From positions 1-64,000 of the IMG/VR virus record IMGVR_UViG_3300043409_002481: a stretch of DNA of 64,000 bases. The stretch is one strand, 5' to 3'. How positions within the stretch are numbered: position 1 is the first letter of the stretch; each line of letters starts with the position of its first letter. This DNA comes from a virus. The notes under the pieces are model-generated. The model had not been told where the DNA came from and did not search any database. It saw only the letters and a list, made by a program, of their open reading frames with translations. A program made the translations under genes and the position numbers. This document shows, piece by piece, positions 61,866 to 64,000 of this stretch.

Positions 61866-62216
61866 TTATCTAGAAGTTCCATATTTCGCAAATTCAGATC
61901 CCGCATCATAAATTTTCCCAGAACCTCCACCCATGCCATTAGTACCAGTAGCGCTTCTAGCATTCACTGTAATCAACCGTTTAGCCTTACCTCGTTCTTG
62001 CTGGGTAGAATTCGGGTTTTTAAGAATAGCTTGATTTTTAGCAATATTACCAGCCGACGCTCCAAACTTAGACTCAACACTACTACGCTGACCTACAGCG
62101 CTACGCTTAGCGCCGCCTCCACCACCGCCTCCCTTCTTGAACCGACCACTCATCTTTGCGGGATCATTACCACCGTAATACTGAACACCGTTGCTATTGT
62201 CTAATGATTCCAACAT
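61866..62216 (-). CDS. Small basic Gly-rich protein A (116 aa), candidate radical SAM substrate
   Basis: GAGGT RBS before ATG 62216; N-terminal SLDNSNGVQYYGGNDPAKMSGRFKKGG. Confidence 0.8.
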   Translation of the reverse strand: MLESLDNSNGVQYYGGNDPAKMSGRFKKGGGGGGGAKRSAVGQRSSVESKFGASAGNIAKNQAILKNPNSTQQERGKAKRLITVNARSATGTNGMGGGSGKIYDAGSEFAKYGTSR

Positions 62217-63438
62217 AATCGACCTCATTAATTTCATTATCATCATACTCAATCATAGTATGAGTCCATCCATCCGCGCCATAACATAGTATAGGCAATT
62301 TATCCACATCATCTAACAAATAATTACCATTGCTGTCTACAGCATAGCTGAAAGCAGCTTTGTTGACTGGATGAAAAGGTACGTTATGAGACTTCAAAGA
62401 GCATTTTAAGATTGTCTCAAATGTTGGATTCTTAGGCACTTTAAAACCTAACGCTTTCTCAGGACACATTCTAACATTGCTATCGATATAGTGATAATTT
62501 TGTGATGTAACAAATGTGGGTAGTAATGGAGTAAAGAACTCTACCCATTCCCGTTGCGTGAAAAACTCACGGTTTAACGTAGCACACCGATTAATAAATT
62601 GCTGAACAACTGGGAATAATTTCGGGTACATCTTATAAGCGTCAAAAAAGTTTGAATACTTACCATTAGCAATACTGTAATTCTCTAACCCTATTGAGCT
62701 TGAATATTCACGACACATCTCTACAAATTCTTTCCTGTAAGGATCGCTATGTTTCTTCTTGAGGCAATCACTAATTAAATCTTCGCCTAATAACTTGCGA
62801 TCGCGATCTGACATTACCTTTTTCTGCTTAGTATTGATGTGCAGATTCTCCATCCATGTACCAAACACACCGATCTCTTTTAGCCGATCAAAGAACGGGA
62901 TAGGGTCTAATAACCAGTCAGGCTCGCAAGGGTTACATCCAACGATTACCGTATGACCTTTTGCGATCAAAGCTTCTAATAATTCATAGCGATGCTCTAA
63001 AGGCGGTGCGCTAGGCTCTATGGATTTGCGTGTTTCATCATCAGAGAAAGAGATCGACACATACCAAACACCAATCGGCATAAACTCTAATACCTTTTCC
63101 CATCCTTTACCGCCCTTGGTTTGCACAGAGTAAGGTATACCAAGCTCTGTCATGGTTCCCATAAAAGGAACCATTTGACGATAATTTGAAGCACTAAACG
63201 GGTCTATGTGGTTGCTAACAATTACAGGATAGCCGTCTCTCAGTAAATATCCCTCTATGGTATTTCTATTTTGATAATCAGCTAATAGCCTTGATACGCC
63301 CTTAACGTCAAGTGTACGAGTAGGACTATTAAGATTTGCGAAACAGTAGGCGCAAGCGTGAGCACACCAATTACCGCTTAATTCTAGGGGTGCGGGTATC
63401 TTAAGCAAACCGCCGTAAAGAGGCTTTAATCCATCCAT
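62194..63438 (-). CDS. Radical SAM enzyme, spore photoproduct lyase-like
   Basis: CAHACAYC (CxxxCxxC), SNHIDPF, QTKG, SIEPSAPPLEHR; no SPASM Cys cluster. Confidence 0.9.
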   Translation of the reverse strand: MDGLKPLYGGLLKIPAPLELSGNWCAHACAYCFANLNSPTRTLDVKGVSRLLADYQNRNTIEGYLLRDGYPVIVSNHIDPFSASNYRQMVPFMGTMTELGIPYSVQTKGGKGWEKVLEFMPIGVWYVSISFSDDETRKSIEPSAPPLEHRYELLEALIAKGHTVIVGCNPCEPDWLLDPIPFFDRLKEIGVFGTWMENLHINTKQKKVMSDRDRKLLGEDLISDCLKKKHSDPYRKEFVEMCREYSSSIGLENYSIANGKYSNFFDAYKMYPKLFPVVQQFINRCATLNREFFTQREWVEFFTPLLPTFVTSQNYHYIDSNVRMCPEKALGFKVPKNPTFETILKCSLKSHNVPFHPVNKAAFSYAVDSNGNYLLDDVDKLPILCYGADGWTHTMIEYDDNEINEVDYVGIIRQ

Positions 63439-63441
63439 GTT

Positions 63442-63801
63442 TTATTTAAAAAGGTTGAGTTGTCCTTGCCTTTCAAGTCTAGCGGATTGAATACTAGCAT
63501 TACGAGAAATATCACCTGAAGTCATGGCGCGTTTTTGAAATAGTGTTTTCTCTCCTTTGACGCGAGTATATGCCCGTTTACCCTTCCCTTGTATTGTGGC
63601 AATCGCGATTTTGTTGTTACGAATATCTCTAAGCAATTTACCAGTTTTTTTCTTTATACCTCTTTTGTTTAGACCCTTTACATTCATTAACAGTCGAGTC
63701 CCCCCCCCCGATCCTCCCTTCTTGAACCGACCACTCATCTTCTTAGGATCGTTCCCGCCGTAATACTGAGTACCGTCACTGTTGTCTAGCGATCGCACCA
63801 T
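63442..63801 (-). CDS. Small basic protein B (119 aa), candidate radical SAM substrate
   Basis: AAGGTG RBS before ATG 63801; N-terminal SLDNSDGTQYYGGNDPKKMSGRFKKGG. Confidence 0.8.
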   Translation of the reverse strand: MVRSLDNSDGTQYYGGNDPKKMSGRFKKGGSGGGTRLLMNVKGLNKRGIKKKTGKLLRDIRNNKIAIATIQGKGKRAYTRVKGEKTLFQKRAMTSGDISRNASIQSARLERQGQLNLFK

Positions 63802-63811
63802 AATAATCACC

Positions 63812-64000
63812 TTAGATCTCTTGAGATTCTAGCAGCATTTCAAACGCAGCAGTATCATTTTTTATCCCAATACTTTCCTTATACTCATTCCATCTTTGCA
63901 TAGTGCGACTGCCAACGACAATCGGTATAGGCTGCTTGTTGCCGCCACTGCGATCGCTTGCGTATGCTGGTAAGTCATTATTGTCTGAGAACTTGAGAAA
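63812..64000 (-). CDS. 3' end of an upstream gene cut by the window edge
   Basis: Open frame ...KQPIPIVVGSRTMQRWNEYKESIGIKNDTAAFEMLLESQEI-stop. Confidence 0.65.
   Translation of the reverse strand, partial: FLKFSDNNDLPAYASDRSGGNKQPIPIVVGSRTMQRWNEYKESIGIKNDTAAFEMLLESQEI

Larger units (their letters stand above)
1..64000. mobile_element. Siphovirus-like cyanophage or prophage genome segment
   Basis: Terminase, portal, scaffold, capsid, major tail, tape measure, initiator and DnaB all present; no host housekeeping genes; abundant GCGATCGC (HIP1). Confidence 0.95.

Noticed and set aside
62194-63438. rSAM as QueE (7-deazaguanine pathway) or true spore photoproduct lyase
   Set aside because: No queC, queD, folE or dpdA in the window and the protein is much longer than QueE; only the fold is SPL-like. 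A DNA-directed role is not excluded

Overview
The whole window is the genome of a long-tailed (siphovirus-like) cyanophage or prophage. The dense GCGATCGC (HIP1) octamers point to a HIP1-rich cyanobacterial host; the genus cannot be fixed from sequence alone. Recognisable modules: tail and neck genes on + (2-22 kb: major tail, G/GT chaperones with a GGGAAAG frameshift, tape measure, tail tip), interrupted by small promoter-led accessory cassettes; a plasmid-like FtsK/SpoIIIE plus membrane-peptide operon (24.6-28.2 kb); an XRE switch region (33 kb); early and replication genes (SSB-like, split C5 methyltransferase, lambda-O-like initiator with iterons, DnaB, N6-adenine methyltransferase); a fibre/adhesin cluster, decoration protein and major capsid on -; portal, adaptor and scaffold on +; and terminase on -. 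No integrase or endolysin was recognised. The best candidate for a new system is at the right end, next to the terminase: an SPL-like radical SAM enzyme sandwiched between two small basic proteins that share a 27-residue N-terminal motif conserved through synonymous change. Also notable: the FtsK module, a catalytically degenerate fragment of a defence-type ABC ATPase, a 2H phosphoesterase-zinc ribbon fusion, three non-canonical tRNA-like genes, and a nested two-frame methyltransferase broken by one missing base. All family calls come from motif recognition by eye, not database searches.
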